64,000 bases of DNA from Armatimonadota bacterium (GCA_041690135.1 JAWLHY010000003.1:384001-448000); one strand, 5' to 3'; positions 1 through 9,567 are shown, counted from the stretch's first letter. A program made the numbers and translations. The notes: generated from the sequence alone by a model not told the origin.

Positions 1-1186
1 GGCCGCCAGGGTTCTGCAACAGCGGCTTCAGGCTCTTGCCGTCCAGGCCCGCGGGTGCCGGCAGCCCGCAAAGCTCGGCAAGCGTGGGGTGGAGGTCGAT
101 CAACTCCACGGTGCGACCGCTGGCGCGACCGTTCCCCTTCGCCTTCGGGGCATAGATAACCATCGGCACTCGCGCCGAGTTCTCCCACAGGCTCATCTTC
201 TGCCACAAGCCGTGCTCGCCCAGGTGATAACCGTGGTCCGAGTGGAACACCACCACGGTATGGTCCGCCAGCTTGAGGCGTTCCAGCGCGTTCAGCACCC
301 GGCCGACCTGAGCGTCCATGAAGGTGGTGGAGGCGTAGTAGGCCTGGATCGCCTCTCTCCGCTGCTGGTCCGTCATCCGCGCCTGCTCCGGCTTTGCGCT
401 GCCCCAGGCCATGTCCGGTCCGGTCTGGCGCTCTCCTTCCAGCACCTGCGGCAGCCGGATCTTGTCCAGCGGGTACATGTCGAAGTACTTTTTCGGCGCG
501 ACGTACGGCGTGTGCGGGCGATAGAACCCCACCGCCAGGAAGAACGGTTTGTTCCGGTTGGCTTCCAGTAGCTTGATCGCCTCGGTGGCGCCGATGCCGT
601 CGGTTTGCTCCTCGTCCGTGCCTTCCGCCGCCATCCAGCTCAGGGTGCCGCCGAACTGGCCGGGGACCAGGCTGAAGATGCGGTCTTCCTCCGTTTTGTC
701 GCGGCCCTTAGGGTTGACGACTTTCTCCCAAGAGGGGGCATCGTCGAGCCCATCCGACCCGATCTGCCCCGGTACCCCATAGTGGTACAGCTTGCCGACA
801 CGACCCACGAAGTAGCCGGCTTTCCGGAACGTCTGGGGCAGGGTCACCACGTCGGGAACCGCCTCCCGGAAGTGCGTCTGATTCTGGTAGACCTTCGTGT
901 GGTCCGGCCGCAGCCCCGTCAGGAAGGAGGCCCGGCTGGGGTTGCAAAGGGGGTACTGGCAGTAGGCCCGGTCGAAGCGCACCCCTTTGCGTGCCAGGCG
1001 GTCGATGTGCGGCGACCGGACCATCGGGTCGCCATAGCAGCCCAGGCGGTTGTTCAGGTCGTCGGAGACGAGATAGAGTACGTTCAGGCGACTCTGCGCC
1101 TCCGCCGGCCGCAGGCGGCCCGGGATCCCCGCGGCGATCCCCGCCACGCCCAGCAGCGTTACCCACCCCAGCAGCCCCCGTTTCAT
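1..1186 (-). CDS. Sulfatase (iduronate-2-sulfatase/choline-sulfatase-like), secreted; 3' end outside the window
   Basis: Absent from the ORF track (runs off the edge). Manual translation from ATG 1186 (GGAGGA RBS upstream): [20 protein letters not shown]...[20 protein letters not shown]...SPHIDRLA...[15 protein letters not shown]. Has the formylglycine motif CxPSR, GKLYH and a signal peptide. Confidence 0.93.
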   Translation of the reverse strand, partial: MKRGLLGWVTLLGVAGIAAGIPGRLRPAEAQSRLNVLYLVSDDLNNRLGCYGDPMVRSPHIDRLARKGVRFDRAYCQYPLCNPSRASFLTGLRPDHTKVYQNQTHFREAVPDVVTLPQTFRKAGYFVGRVGKLYHYGVPGQIGSDGLDDAPSWEKVVNPKGRDKTEEDRIFSLVPGQFGGTLSWMAAEGTDEEQTDGIGATEAIKLLEANRNKPFFLAVGFYRPHTPYVAPKKYFDMYPLDKIRLPQVLEGERQTGPDMAWGSAKPEQARMTDQQRREAIQAYYASTTFMDAQVGRVLNALERLKLADHTVVVFHSDHGYHLGEHGLWQKMSLWENSARVPMVIYAPKAKGNGRASGRTVELIDLHPTLAELCGLPAPAGLDGKSLKPLLQNPGG

Positions 1187-1272
1187 CGCGTTTTCCTCCG
1201 GCCATCGGCCCGTCCCCGTTGCCAGGTACGAGTTGGCCGTTGGCGGAATGCAATCCTTGTCGGACGGGAGGT

Positions 1273-1533
1273 TGAACCACGAAGGCACGAAGGACACGAA
1301 GAGCGGGAGGAAGGGGAAGTTTCGGCGCGATAGGAGTGGTTATGGGTACATCACCTGGACCGGATACCACGCACTGCAGGAGATGTTACGTATACCCCGC
1401 GAAGCCAGGGCTGCTCCATTTCGCAGTCAATGTATCTGACTCTGTTTGGCCAACTTCCGACCATCGCTTATTCCGCCTTCCTGAAGCCTCTGACCTCTCT
1501 TTCCCTTTGTGTCCTTCGTGTCTCCGTGGTTCA
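1273..1533. repeat. Inverted pair of 29-bp ~9-bp-periodic repeats (CACGAAGGA-type) enclosing ~200 bp
   Basis: 1273-1301 TGAACCACGAAGGCACGAAGGACACGAAG matches the reverse complement of 1505-1533 at 26/29 positions. Confidence 0.9.
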
Positions 1534-1544
1534 TACCCCCGGAT

Positions 1545-2441
1545 TCACCCTATCAGGGAGCGGGCGAGGTCGAAGAGCAGCGCGAGGACCGTGGCCAGCA
1601 CGAGCAGGGCGAAGTAGCCGCGGAGTTGCCGGGCGCCCAGGCGGGCAGTGGTGACGGCGCCGAGCTGGGCGCCGATGCTGGAGCCGACGAGGAGCGGCAG
1701 GGCGATGCCGAGATCGACGTTCCCGGCCAGGGCATGCTTCACGGTCCCAAAGGCCGCCGCAAAGATCAGGACCAGGATCCCCGTGCCGGCCGCCTGGCGA
1801 ATGGGGAAGCCCAACCCGTAAATCAGGGCGGGCATCAGCAGAATGCCCCCGCCGATACCGAGCAGCCCCGAGAGGAATCCCAGCGCGAGGCCGAGGTAGG
1901 CGAGGACCGGCACGGACACGCCGGTAAGTCCTACCTGCTTCAGGTTCACGAAGGGGGGAAGGGCGATGCGCGTAAGAGGTGCATTCGGCACTGCACGGCT
2001 CTCGTCCACTTCACCTTCGGCCGGCGTGCCGCGGCGGGCTTCGGAAAGCATCACCCCAGTGATGGCGAGGAGCGCCAGGGCATAGGTCGGCTGCAGGGCC
2101 AGCTTGACGGCGGGCAGGGCCTTTCCGAACAGGGTCCAGTCGCCCAGGGAGGCCAGGTAATCGAGAAGATCGGCGCCCACGTAGACGCCGCAGAGGCTGC
2201 CGCCCAACATCAGCCAGCCGACGCGCGGCTCACCCTGATTGAGATTCGCGTGGCGAAGATAGGCGGAGGTAGCGGTTCCTACCATCTGGCATAGGCCGCT
2301 GCCCACCGCGATAGGGTAAGGTACCCCCAACACCAGGTTCAGGAGCGGCGTGAGCATGAACCCGCCGCCCACCCCGAACATCCCCGAGACGTAGCCTACG
2401 ACGAACCCGAAGAACCCAAGGGTGACCAGGCTAACTCCCAT
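1545..2441 (-). CDS. Sulfite exporter TauE/SafE (TSUP) family membrane protein
   Basis: Two repeats of the SGxxGxGGG motif (VSGMFGVGGG, LSGLLGIGGG); multiple hydrophobic helices. Confidence 0.9.
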   Translation of the reverse strand: MGVSLVTLGFFGFVVGYVSGMFGVGGGFMLTPLLNLVLGVPYPIAVGSGLCQMVGTATSAYLRHANLNQGEPRVGWLMLGGSLCGVYVGADLLDYLASLGDWTLFGKALPAVKLALQPTYALALLAITGVMLSEARRGTPAEGEVDESRAVPNAPLTRIALPPFVNLKQVGLTGVSVPVLAYLGLALGFLSGLLGIGGGILLMPALIYGLGFPIRQAAGTGILVLIFAAAFGTVKHALAGNVDLGIALPLLVGSSIGAQLGAVTTARLGARQLRGYFALLVLATVLALLFDLARSLIG

Positions 2442-2456
2442 GCGTCTCGCTGTCCA

Positions 2457-2627
2457 TCAGATGTAGTACTCGATCTCCTCGCGGCGCTTGCGGGGGGCGC
2501 CGGCCGGCTCCTCTTTTCGCTTCCGCCGCTCCAACAGCGGTTCCAGCCGGTCGAACAGCCGCGCAACCACCACCCCCCACACCAGCGGGATCAGTACGCA
2601 TGCTGCTGCGTAGACAATCTTCTCCAT
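2457..2627 (-). CDS. Small single-pass membrane protein (56 aa) upstream of TauE
   Basis: Below the ORF-track cutoff. MEKIVYAAACVLIPLVWGVVVARLFDRLEPLLERRKRKEEPAGAPRKRREEIEYYI*; ends 15 bp before the TauE start on the same strand; GC-rich codon third positions. Confidence 0.7.
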   Translation of the reverse strand: MEKIVYAAACVLIPLVWGVVVARLFDRLEPLLERRKRKEEPAGAPRKRREEIEYYI

Positions 2628-2722
2628 GACAAGAGAACTATACCCGCTTGACCGGGGTTCGGGCCTGCGGCGTTCCGGGTAAGAGTGTCACCGGAAAGCG
2701 AGAGCGCGGAAAGGAGTTTGGG

Positions 2723-4162
2723 ATGAAGAAGGGCCTGCTGTTCGGGCTGGGGGCCGTGGCCGGCGCGGCCGCCGCGGGAGCTGCCGTGCTGCAGCAGCGC
2801 CGGAGCGCCGCGGAGTTTGCCGCCCGAGTTTCGCAACTCCAGCGGGTACACGCGGAGCACGGCAAACACATCGTGATTCTGGGAGCCGGGTTCGGCGGGA
2901 TCAACACGGCGCACCAACTGGTCCAGAAGCTGCCGCCGGAGAGTGGATGGCGCATCACGGTGGTCGACCGCCACAACTACTTCCTGTTTACCCCATTGCT
3001 GTACCACGCGGCCACGGGCCTCATCGATCCCAGCGCCGTGCTGTTTCCGGTCCGCTCGCTCACCCGGGCGCGCAACTTCAACTTCCGGGAAGCGACGGTC
3101 CTGGATATCGATATGGACCGGCAGGTCGTGCACCTGGACGACGGTCAGCTTTCTTACGACCACCTGGTGCTTGCGCTCGGCAGCACGACCAACTTCTTTG
3201 GCAAGGAGGCGGATCTGCGGCACGCGATGACGCTCAAGACGGCGGGCGACGCGGTCGCGGTCCGCAACCGGGTGATCGATGCCTTCGAGCGCGCGGACGT
3301 GGCGACGGACCCGGAGGAGCGACGCAAGTGCCTCACCTTCGTGGTGGTCGGCGGCGGCGCGACCGGCGTCGAGCTGGCCGGAGCCATCCGGGGGCTGCTG
3401 AACGGCACGCTCTGCTACCAGTATCCGAACATCCGGCCGGAGGAGAGCCGGCTGCTCTTGCTGGAAGCGATGCCGGAGATTCTCCCCGGTCTCCCGCGGG
3501 AGTTGGCCCAGTACTCCCTGCGGCGCCTGCGAGAGCTGGGCGTCGATGTCCGGTTGGAGACCCCGGTGGAGCGCGTGGATGACGAAGGTCTGCTCACCCG
3601 AAGTGGCGAGTACATTCCCTCGCGCACGGTGGTCTGGGCGGCCGGGGTACAGCCCTCACCCGTGGCGCGACGGCTGAACGTGCCGAAGGTCCGGAACGGG
3701 CGGATCATCGTCGACCCCTGTCTCCGCGTCGAAGGCGCGCCGAACGTCTACGCCCTGGGAGACCTCGCGGCCTTCGAGGATCCCGGCACCGGCAAGCCGC
3801 TCCCGCCGAACGCGGCCGTGGCGGTGCGCCAGGGAAAAGCGCTGGCCAACATCCTCCTCGCCCAACTGGAGGGGCGCGAACCGCAGCCGTTTGTTCCGCA
3901 GCACGTTGGGGAGCTCGTCTCGCTGGGCCGTCACGAAGCGGTCGCGGAGATCAAGGGGGTGCGGTTCACCGGGTTCCCGGCATGGGTGCTCTGGCGGGCG
4001 TTCTACCTCAGCCAGTTGATGGGGTTCAAGAACCAGTTGACCGTGGCCCTGGACTGGAGTTTCGCCTACGTTTACCAGCGAGATACGGTCCGGCTGGAGT
4101 TTCCGTGCCTTCCGGAAGAGGCCGCGGAGCAACAGGATGAGATGCTGACAGGAGTCCGCTAG
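2723..4162 (+). CDS. ndh: Type II NADH:quinone oxidoreductase (NDH-2) with N-terminal hydrophobic anchor
   Basis: IVILGAGFGG, FTPLLY, VVVGGGATGVELAG, VWAAGV, VYALGD, WVLWRAFYL; ATG 2723 follows an AAGGAG RBS. Confidence 0.92.
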   Translation: MKKGLLFGLGAVAGAAAAGAAVLQQRRSAAEFAARVSQLQRVHAEHGKHIVILGAGFGGINTAHQLVQKLPPESGWRITVVDRHNYFLFTPLLYHAATGLIDPSAVLFPVRSLTRARNFNFREATVLDIDMDRQVVHLDDGQLSYDHLVLALGSTTNFFGKEADLRHAMTLKTAGDAVAVRNRVIDAFERADVATDPEERRKCLTFVVVGGGATGVELAGAIRGLLNGTLCYQYPNIRPEESRLLLLEAMPEILPGLPRELAQYSLRRLRELGVDVRLETPVERVDDEGLLTRSGEYIPSRTVVWAAGVQPSPVARRLNVPKVRNGRIIVDPCLRVEGAPNVYALGDLAAFEDPGTGKPLPPNAAVAVRQGKALANILLAQLEGREPQPFVPQHVGELVSLGRHEAVAEIKGVRFTGFPAWVLWRAFYLSQLMGFKNQLTVALDWSFAYVYQRDTVRLEFPCLPEEAAEQQDEMLTGVR

Positions 4163-4165
4163 TCC

Positions 4166-4250
4166 TGGAATGGGAGAAGGGGCGAATGGGTGAGGTAAAC
4201 GGCGGGTCGGGCTCCCCCATTCTCCCATTCTGCGTTTCCCCCATTCGGCC
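4166..4250. repeat. Inverted short-period (~8 bp GAATGGGA / CCCATTCT) intergenic repeat
   Basis: ggaatgggagaaggggcgaatggg followed by cccccattctcccattctgcgtttcccccattc. Confidence 0.7.
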
Positions 4251-4331
4251 CGGTTCGCGGCGGCGGTCCGGACTTCGCTCCTAAAGGCCGCGAGGGCCGG
4301 CTGTCGAAGCGCCTGCTTTCGTGGTAAGATT

Positions 4332-4366
4332 GAGAACTCACGCGGCTTCCCGCGTGAGTTCTCTTT
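4332..4366 (+). terminator. Perfect 14-bp-stem hairpin with short T tract upstream of greA (ndh terminator or greA leader hairpin)
   Basis: GAGAACTCACGCGG-CTTC-CCGCGTGAGTTCTC-TTT. Confidence 0.6.
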
Positions 4367-4455
4367 GCTGAGCCACTCAGGAATCCCGCCCAAAGATGGG
4401 GCGTGGATTCAGGCAGCCGCAGCTACCGGAACTGCCGCGGCCGGGAGTCATTCCG

Positions 4456-4947
4456 TTGGACACGCAAGCGAAAGGCAAGTATCTCGTTACCACCACCGGA
4501 TACGAGAAGCTCCACCAGGAGCTCGAAGACCTGGAAAACAAGCGGGCAGAGGTAGCCAGCAACATCCGCACGGCGAAAGGTTTCGGCGACCTCAGCGAAA
4601 ACTTCGAGTATCACGAAGCGAAACGCGAGCAGGGGTTCGTCGAAGGCCGGATCATGCAGCTGAAGGTGATCCTTCCTTCGCTGCAGATGGTGCGCCCGGA
4701 AGAGGTTTCCACCGAGAAGGTGGGGTTCGGCGCAGTGGTCACTGTTGAAGAAGAAACCGGCGACGAGTGGGAGTTCTTCATCGTGGGGCCGCTCGAGGCG
4801 GATCCGCTGGAGGACCGCATCTCCTACGAATCGCCGCTGGGGGCCGCGCTCCTGGGCAGTAAGGTCGGCGATGAGGTGGAAGCCGACGTACCGGCGGGCA
4901 AGCTGCGGTACACGGTTAAGGAGATTCGCGCCTACACGCCGGAGTAA
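4456..4947 (+). CDS. greA: Transcription elongation factor GreA
   Basis: GDLSENFEYHEAK and ISYESPLGAALLG motifs. TTG 4456 after GGGAG is the preferred start; the ORF is open from 4396. Confidence 0.95.
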   Translation: MDTQAKGKYLVTTTGYEKLHQELEDLENKRAEVASNIRTAKGFGDLSENFEYHEAKREQGFVEGRIMQLKVILPSLQMVRPEEVSTEKVGFGAVVTVEEETGDEWEFFIVGPLEADPLEDRISYESPLGAALLGSKVGDEVEADVPAGKLRYTVKEIRAYTPE

Positions 4948-4968
4948 TTCCAAAGTCGGATAGAGACG

Positions 4969-4984
4969 TGGCACGGTTCTTGCA
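4969..4984 (+). promoter_or_regulatory. Sigma-54 (-24/-12) promoter
   Basis: TGGCACG-GTTC-TTGCA is an exact match to the consensus TGGCACG-N4-TTGCW with correct GG/GC spacing. Confidence 0.8.
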
Positions 4985-4994
4985 ATCTCTATCA

Positions 4995-5053
4995 GTGGCT
5001 CACTGACTGCTGGTATTGCTGGCCCCGTTCTGCGTGAACGGGGTCTTCTTTTT
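4995..5053 (+). ncRNA. Candidate sigma-54-dependent small RNA (~59 nt)
   Basis: Predicted +1 near 4995 from the promoter; no ORF; ends in the intrinsic terminator at 5021-5053. Confidence 0.55.
5021..5053 (+). terminator. Rho-independent terminator
   Basis: GGCCCCGTTC-TGCGT-GAACGGGGTC followed by TTCTTTTT. Confidence 0.85.
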
Positions 5054-5119
5054 GCCTGCCGCTCATAAGCCCGGTTGCCGGAGCGGGCTCTCGGGTAGAA
5101 TAGGCCGTGTCGGCTTCAA

Positions 5120-6379
5120 ATGGAGAGTTGTGTGGCCAGTCCATCCGCGCCGAGCATAGCGGCCCCCCCGCCGGAGCTCCTGGAGGCTCCCTATCAGATC
5201 CGCGCCGCCGGCCCGGAAGACCGTGCTGCCGCCTGGAAGCTGCAGCAATCAGCGTTCTCGCTGCCGGATGAAGGGCCTGGAGAGCATCCGGGCCTGTGGG
5301 ATGAGCTGCGGGTGGTGGCCCACCGGGGGAAGGTCGTCTCCTGCCTCACCCTGATCCACACCGAGATCCGCATCAGCGGCACTCCCCTGGCGATGGGCGG
5401 CATCCGGCACGTGGCCACGGATCCGAACGAGCAGAACCGGGGCTATGCCAGCGCCCTGATGCGGGATACCCTGCGCTACATGCGCCAGCAGGGCGTGGCC
5501 ACTTCCATCCTGTTCCCCTTCTCCTTCCGGTACTATCGAAAGTTCGGTTATGAGCTCGGCGGCAATCACTGCCATTACTGGTGCCGCCCGAACTGTATCC
5601 CCGCCTTCTCGGACCACCGGGCCTGCCGCCCGGCCCAGCCCGAGGACATTCCGGACCTCGCCCAACTGTACGATCGCCGGATGGAAACGGCCGGCTGTTC
5701 CCTCACCCGGACCGAGGCGCGCTGGCAACATCTGCTGGCGGACCCCTCCCTGCAGGTCATGGTCGCCGGATCGCCGGTGGAGGGCTACCTGCTCGCCCAG
5801 GACACGCGTGATACCTACGGCGGGAGGCTGCTGAAGGTGGTGGACCTGCTGGCTTCCGGTCCCGGAGCGTGGCGCTCGCTCCTCGGGTGGCTGGCTCGCT
5901 ACCCGGCCGAGTCGATCGAGTGGTTCGCCAGTTGTACGGACCTGGCGGAAAGTCGCTTGCTGCGCTCCGCCGCCCCGCTCCGGGAAGGGTTCAAGCCGCG
6001 CGGGATCGCCACCGTCCGCCCCATGTTCCAGTTCCGGGTGGTAGACGTCCCCGTCGTGCTCCGCAGCCGTCTGGAGCAGATGCCGGAGGGCAACTACCGC
6101 CTGGGGCTGAAGGTGCGGGACGAGCTCCTTCCGGAAAACTCCGAGCCGGTCACGATTCAGTCCAGCGGCGACCAGCGCACCCTCCGCCCGCTCCGTCCTT
6201 CCGATCCTTACCTCGAACTGGATATCCAGACCTTCTCCCAGTTCTTCTGCGGCTTCCTCAGCCCCACCGAGGCCCTCAGTCAGGGGATGGGCCGCTGCTC
6301 CTCCCCGGCCGCCGCCGACCTCGCCGACCGTCTCTTCGCCACCGGCGAACCGTTCATCTGCGAGATGGATCGGTTTTGA
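5120..6379 (+). CDS. Eis-like GNAT acetyltransferase (GNAT-GNAT-SCP2 architecture)
   Basis: MGGIRHVATDPNEQNRGYASALM acetyl-CoA motif A; SILFPFSFRYYRKFGYE; FRVVDV..L; C-terminal ...DRF; 419 aa. Confidence 0.9.
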   Translation: MESCVASPSAPSIAAPPPELLEAPYQIRAAGPEDRAAAWKLQQSAFSLPDEGPGEHPGLWDELRVVAHRGKVVSCLTLIHTEIRISGTPLAMGGIRHVATDPNEQNRGYASALMRDTLRYMRQQGVATSILFPFSFRYYRKFGYELGGNHCHYWCRPNCIPAFSDHRACRPAQPEDIPDLAQLYDRRMETAGCSLTRTEARWQHLLADPSLQVMVAGSPVEGYLLAQDTRDTYGGRLLKVVDLLASGPGAWRSLLGWLARYPAESIEWFASCTDLAESRLLRSAAPLREGFKPRGIATVRPMFQFRVVDVPVVLRSRLEQMPEGNYRLGLKVRDELLPENSEPVTIQSSGDQRTLRPLRPSDPYLELDIQTFSQFFCGFLSPTEALSQGMGRCSSPAAADLADRLFATGEPFICEMDRF

Positions 6380-6391
6380 AGGGGTTGGAGA

Positions 6392-6556
6392 CGTAATGCG
6401 TAATACGTAATGCGTAAAGCCTTCGTGCGCGGCAACTGCGGTGGCAGGGTTTCGGCCTCGGACGGTGGTGTGATGCGTGATGCGTAATTCGAACCGTCAG
6501 GGGCAGGAGGGAGTACCGATGTCCGCGGGGCGAAATGTTCGGGTGTTCGGGTGTTG
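6392..6556. repeat. Cluster of 7-bp (CGTAATG/CGTGATG) and 8-bp (GGTGTTCG) tandem repeats between convergent genes
   Basis: cgtaatgcgtaatacgtaatgcgtaa, gtgatgcgtgatgcgtaa, tgttcgggtgttcgggtgtt. Confidence 0.8.
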
Positions 6557-6702
6557 ATAGTGAATTGATGTCGCATTGGATGAGGGCACCGTAGGGAATG
6601 TGACGCCGTTCCATTCCGCCGTTCGGGAATTCGATCTCGTCGTGCCACTTGGTGCATCCTTCGATGTTAATCAACAACACCGTTCAGGTTGCAATGGCCG
6701 TA

Positions 6703-7785
6703 TCAATTCCGAACCGATAGCTTGAAGCAGTGCCTTCCCGCCGGGTGGTTCCAGAGGTTGCCGAAGCCGGGCCGAACCACCCGGGTGGCGCTGGTATCCG
6801 TCTCGAAGGTGGCGCAGAGCTCGTAGGACTTCGGTCCCAGCTTGCGGTACTCGTAAAGTTGGCCGGTCCGGACGTCGCGGATCGACTCCAGGTAGACGTC
6901 GGGCTGCTCGCGCAGCTCTTCCAGGGAGTTGGGCAGCCGCTTCTGGGTGGTGTAGAAGGCGTCGACGGCACTGGAAATGGACTGCAGCGCCTGGATGCGG
7001 CGCTCGTCGGCCGCGCGTTCCCGGGCCGCAAAGGGGGATCCGGCCAGCCCCAGCGCCGCCACGAGGATCGCCACCACGGCCACTCCCGCCGACCGGGCAA
7101 TGAGGCCGCGCAACCGCTCCTGCCCCGGACGGAGTCGCTCCCCCGACGGGGTCTCCGTATCGGTCCCCTGGAGGTCCCAGATGTGGCAACCGATTACGGC
7201 CGCCGCCACCCCGCCCACCACCAGCGCCTTGAGCAGGAAGCGCACCGTGATCTCCCCTCCGAGGAGGCTCGTTACCACGCTCATGCCGTCGCCGATGAGC
7301 ACCGCCGCCGCGATGAACAGGGTGATCGCCGTGAGCCACCGCCGCACCGGCGACACCCGGCGCTGCGGGTCGGCCGCGTACTCCCGCCGCAGCTTCCGGA
7401 GCAGCCACAGGTAGATCGGAAAGGCGATGATCACCCCCGCCGCCGACCAGCGGATGGGACCGAACGGGTCGTGGGGGCCGTATGCCATGCTCTCCTGGAC
7501 CGGGTCCGGAAGCAGCAGGTCGACCAGCGCAAACCCCAGCGCCCCCGTGCTGAAGGCGGTGACATACAGCCCGGTGAAGAGGACCAGGTGGAGGAACGCC
7601 TCCCGGGGAGAGGCATAGGCCTTCGGGCGCGGGACCGGCACGGGAAAGGGGAGGTCGGCGAAATGGGAGAGCGCCTGCTCCACCTCGTCGGCCTTCCAGC
7701 CCGCCCGCAGGAGCACCTCTCGCACCTCCTCCCGCGAGTGGCCGCGCGACAGCGCCTCCCGCGTGAACTCGCACAGCTCCGTCAC
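6703..7785 (-). CDS. DUF5671-like membrane protein
   Basis: AGW..EVEQAL..FADLPFPVPVPRP....PREAFLHLVLF N-terminus, 4-5 TM helices, and a pilin-like C-terminal part (ADERR...LP.SL.EL...D..TG..YEY...YELCATF). Confidence 0.8.
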   Translation of the reverse strand: MTELCEFTREALSRGHSREEVREVLLRAGWKADEVEQALSHFADLPFPVPVPRPKAYASPREAFLHLVLFTGLYVTAFSTGALGFALVDLLLPDPVQESMAYGPHDPFGPIRWSAAGVIIAFPIYLWLLRKLRREYAADPQRRVSPVRRWLTAITLFIAAAVLIGDGMSVVTSLLGGEITVRFLLKALVVGGVAAAVIGCHIWDLQGTDTETPSGERLRPGQERLRGLIARSAGVAVVAILVAALGLAGSPFAARERAADERRIQALQSISSAVDAFYTTQKRLPNSLEELREQPDVYLESIRDVRTGQLYEYRKLGPKSYELCATFETDTSATRVVRPGFGNLWNHPAGRHCFKLSVRN

Positions 7786-7922
7786 GTCGCACCTCCCAGG
7801 GGGACCGGAAACCGGAAAGCAGTCCCGATAACTCCACTATACCCTTGCCGAGTACGGTGCTCCTGGGACCGGCGACCCGGTTTGGCCGGGAGGGGGTGCC
7901 CTTTTCAGGCGGGACGGTATGG

Positions 7923-8095
7923 TTTTGACACGGATGTCACAGAAAGGACGGATGGGCACGGATGAGTGTAGTGGGGCGGAGTTCGGTTGGCACGCGCCGG
8001 GAGAGTTTTCGACACAGAGGGACACGGAGGAGGACATGAGGGGACACAGATTGCCGAAACAATTTCGACACGGAGCGTGCGGAACGACGCGGATC
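7923..8095. repeat. ~9-bp periodic repeats (TTT[C]GACAC[A/G]GA family)
   Basis: ttttgacacggatgtcacagaaaggacggatgggcacgga, ttttcgacacagagggacacggagg, tttcgacacggag. Same family as 46107-46281 and, inverted, ~44095-44130. Confidence 0.75.
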
Positions 8096-8358
8096 AGGGA
8101 ATGGGAAACAGAAGGTAGCAGAGGGGCTTGTCCCCGTTGGTCACGGTACGCGCTGGCGGTGCAACTCGTCCACGCTGCGGCACACGGACTGCGCCCGCTA
8201 TGCCTACGGACGTCGCGAACGCGGTAACCCGCTTCCGACACGCACGCGGCGCCGCGGCCTGCACCACACGGACGGTGGTGAGGAACTGGAATCCCTGGCG
8301 AACGAAACCGCTGCTGGAGATGGGGCGTCAGTAGTGTGTGGCTGGAGGGGCTGGAGCA

Positions 8359-9234
8359 GTGAAGATCACCACGGAGCGCACGAGCTTGCCCGTATGGGAG
8401 AACACGGAGAAGGAGGGAGACCCTACGCCGCGAGCGAGTTCAGTGCTTGCCGCTGATGGGCGCTCGCCGGAGCTGGACATGGGCGATCGCGGGGCCCTCC
8501 GGTTGAGTGATGCTGTGGCGCTAGGTGGGGGAGCGCGCCTGGACCAGGGATTGGCGGAGGACCGGGCGTGGCGGGAGGAGCGCCGGCGAACCGTGCGCCG
8601 GAAGCTGGTCCGAGCGCGGCGGGTGCGGGATCTGGGTCGCGGTTGCTGCGTGGCGGCCGGGCTCGCCCTTTCCGGTTACTGGCTCCTCATATGGCTGGCA
8701 GTTATTACCAGAAATGCGATGGACGCTTCCGCCGTCACATCGACGTTCACCACCCTGGCGGCGTTGCTGCTGGTCGCCGGAGTGGGCCTGACGGCCGGCG
8801 CGCGGGGGTATCCACGTTGGCTACGCGCGCGTAGCAATCCCGATGACTTTGAAGCGGCGGCCGATGCGGTGGAGACGGAAGAGCTCCGGCGAGCCGGCCC
8901 GCGGGTCCTCCCGGAGCCCCGGTGCGTGGAACGGGCCGCCCGCCTCGCCGCACTGCGGAGGAAGGAAGCCACTTACAGCAACCTGTGCCTGTTGTTCGGA
9001 GCGGCGGGGCTGCTCTTCGGGGCTTTCAACCTGGCCGATTCTTCATTCCTGGCGTCCCTTGGATTCCAGTACCTGGTCCCCGCTCTCCTGATGTTCTCGA
9101 TGTACATGTGGCTGCCGATCGCCGCCGGCGGCTGGGCGCTGGTAAGAGTGAAGCGGCACCTGCTCTCCTGGAAACTCGCCGCGGAAGAAACTGCTGTACA
9201 GCCGGATGGAAGCCCGGAGCAGATACCGGCCTGA
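8359..9234 (+). CDS. Hypothetical membrane protein (about 4 TM)
   Basis: Long ORF with two pairs of hydrophobic helices; GTG 8359 after GGAG. Confidence 0.6.
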   Translation: MKITTERTSLPVWENTEKEGDPTPRASSVLAADGRSPELDMGDRGALRLSDAVALGGGARLDQGLAEDRAWREERRRTVRRKLVRARRVRDLGRGCCVAAGLALSGYWLLIWLAVITRNAMDASAVTSTFTTLAALLLVAGVGLTAGARGYPRWLRARSNPDDFEAAADAVETEELRRAGPRVLPEPRCVERAARLAALRRKEATYSNLCLLFGAAGLLFGAFNLADSSFLASLGFQYLVPALLMFSMYMWLPIAAGGWALVRVKRHLLSWKLAAEETAVQPDGSPEQIPA

Positions 9235-9261
9235 ATTCAGGCCTATGCCTCCCCGATCCCC

Positions 9262-9567
9262 GTGAGCAAACGGTTACTCTTACCCTGGCGCGACCGTCCT
9301 ATCCGGCCGGTCTCACGCGCCATCGAAACGCCGGCACCTATCACGTCCGAAGCCGTGGTCCGGTTATCCGATGCCGACGTGGATGTTGATCGCGGCTCGA
9401 GGCTGGACGAGGCCCTCGCGTGCGATCGAACCTGGCGGGAATGTCGCCGGGAACAGTTGCAGCAAAGGATTGCCCGTGCTCTGTGGCTGGAGCAGTTTGG
9501 TCGTCGGGGTTGTGTGGCGGTCGGGCTGGCTTCCCCCTTGTTCTGGACCGAGGTTACGAGAGGTTAA
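9262..9567 (+). pseudogene. Truncated paralogue of the preceding membrane-protein gene
   Basis: RLSDA...GSRLDEALACDRTWRECRR...RA...GRRGCVAVGLA..FW aligns with RLSDA...GARLDQGLAEDRAWREERR...RA...GRGCCVAAGLA..YW in 8359-9234, then stops. Confidence 0.65.

Noticed and set aside
89-1370. ORF-track calls 89-571, 605-1333 and 708-1370
   Set aside because: They overlap the real minus-strand sulfatase (1-1186), which the track missed because it runs off the edge.
1302-1504. Remnant of a GxxExxY gene between the inverted repeats
   Set aside because: Only a faint GLLHF-like resemblance across different frames; not supportable by eye.
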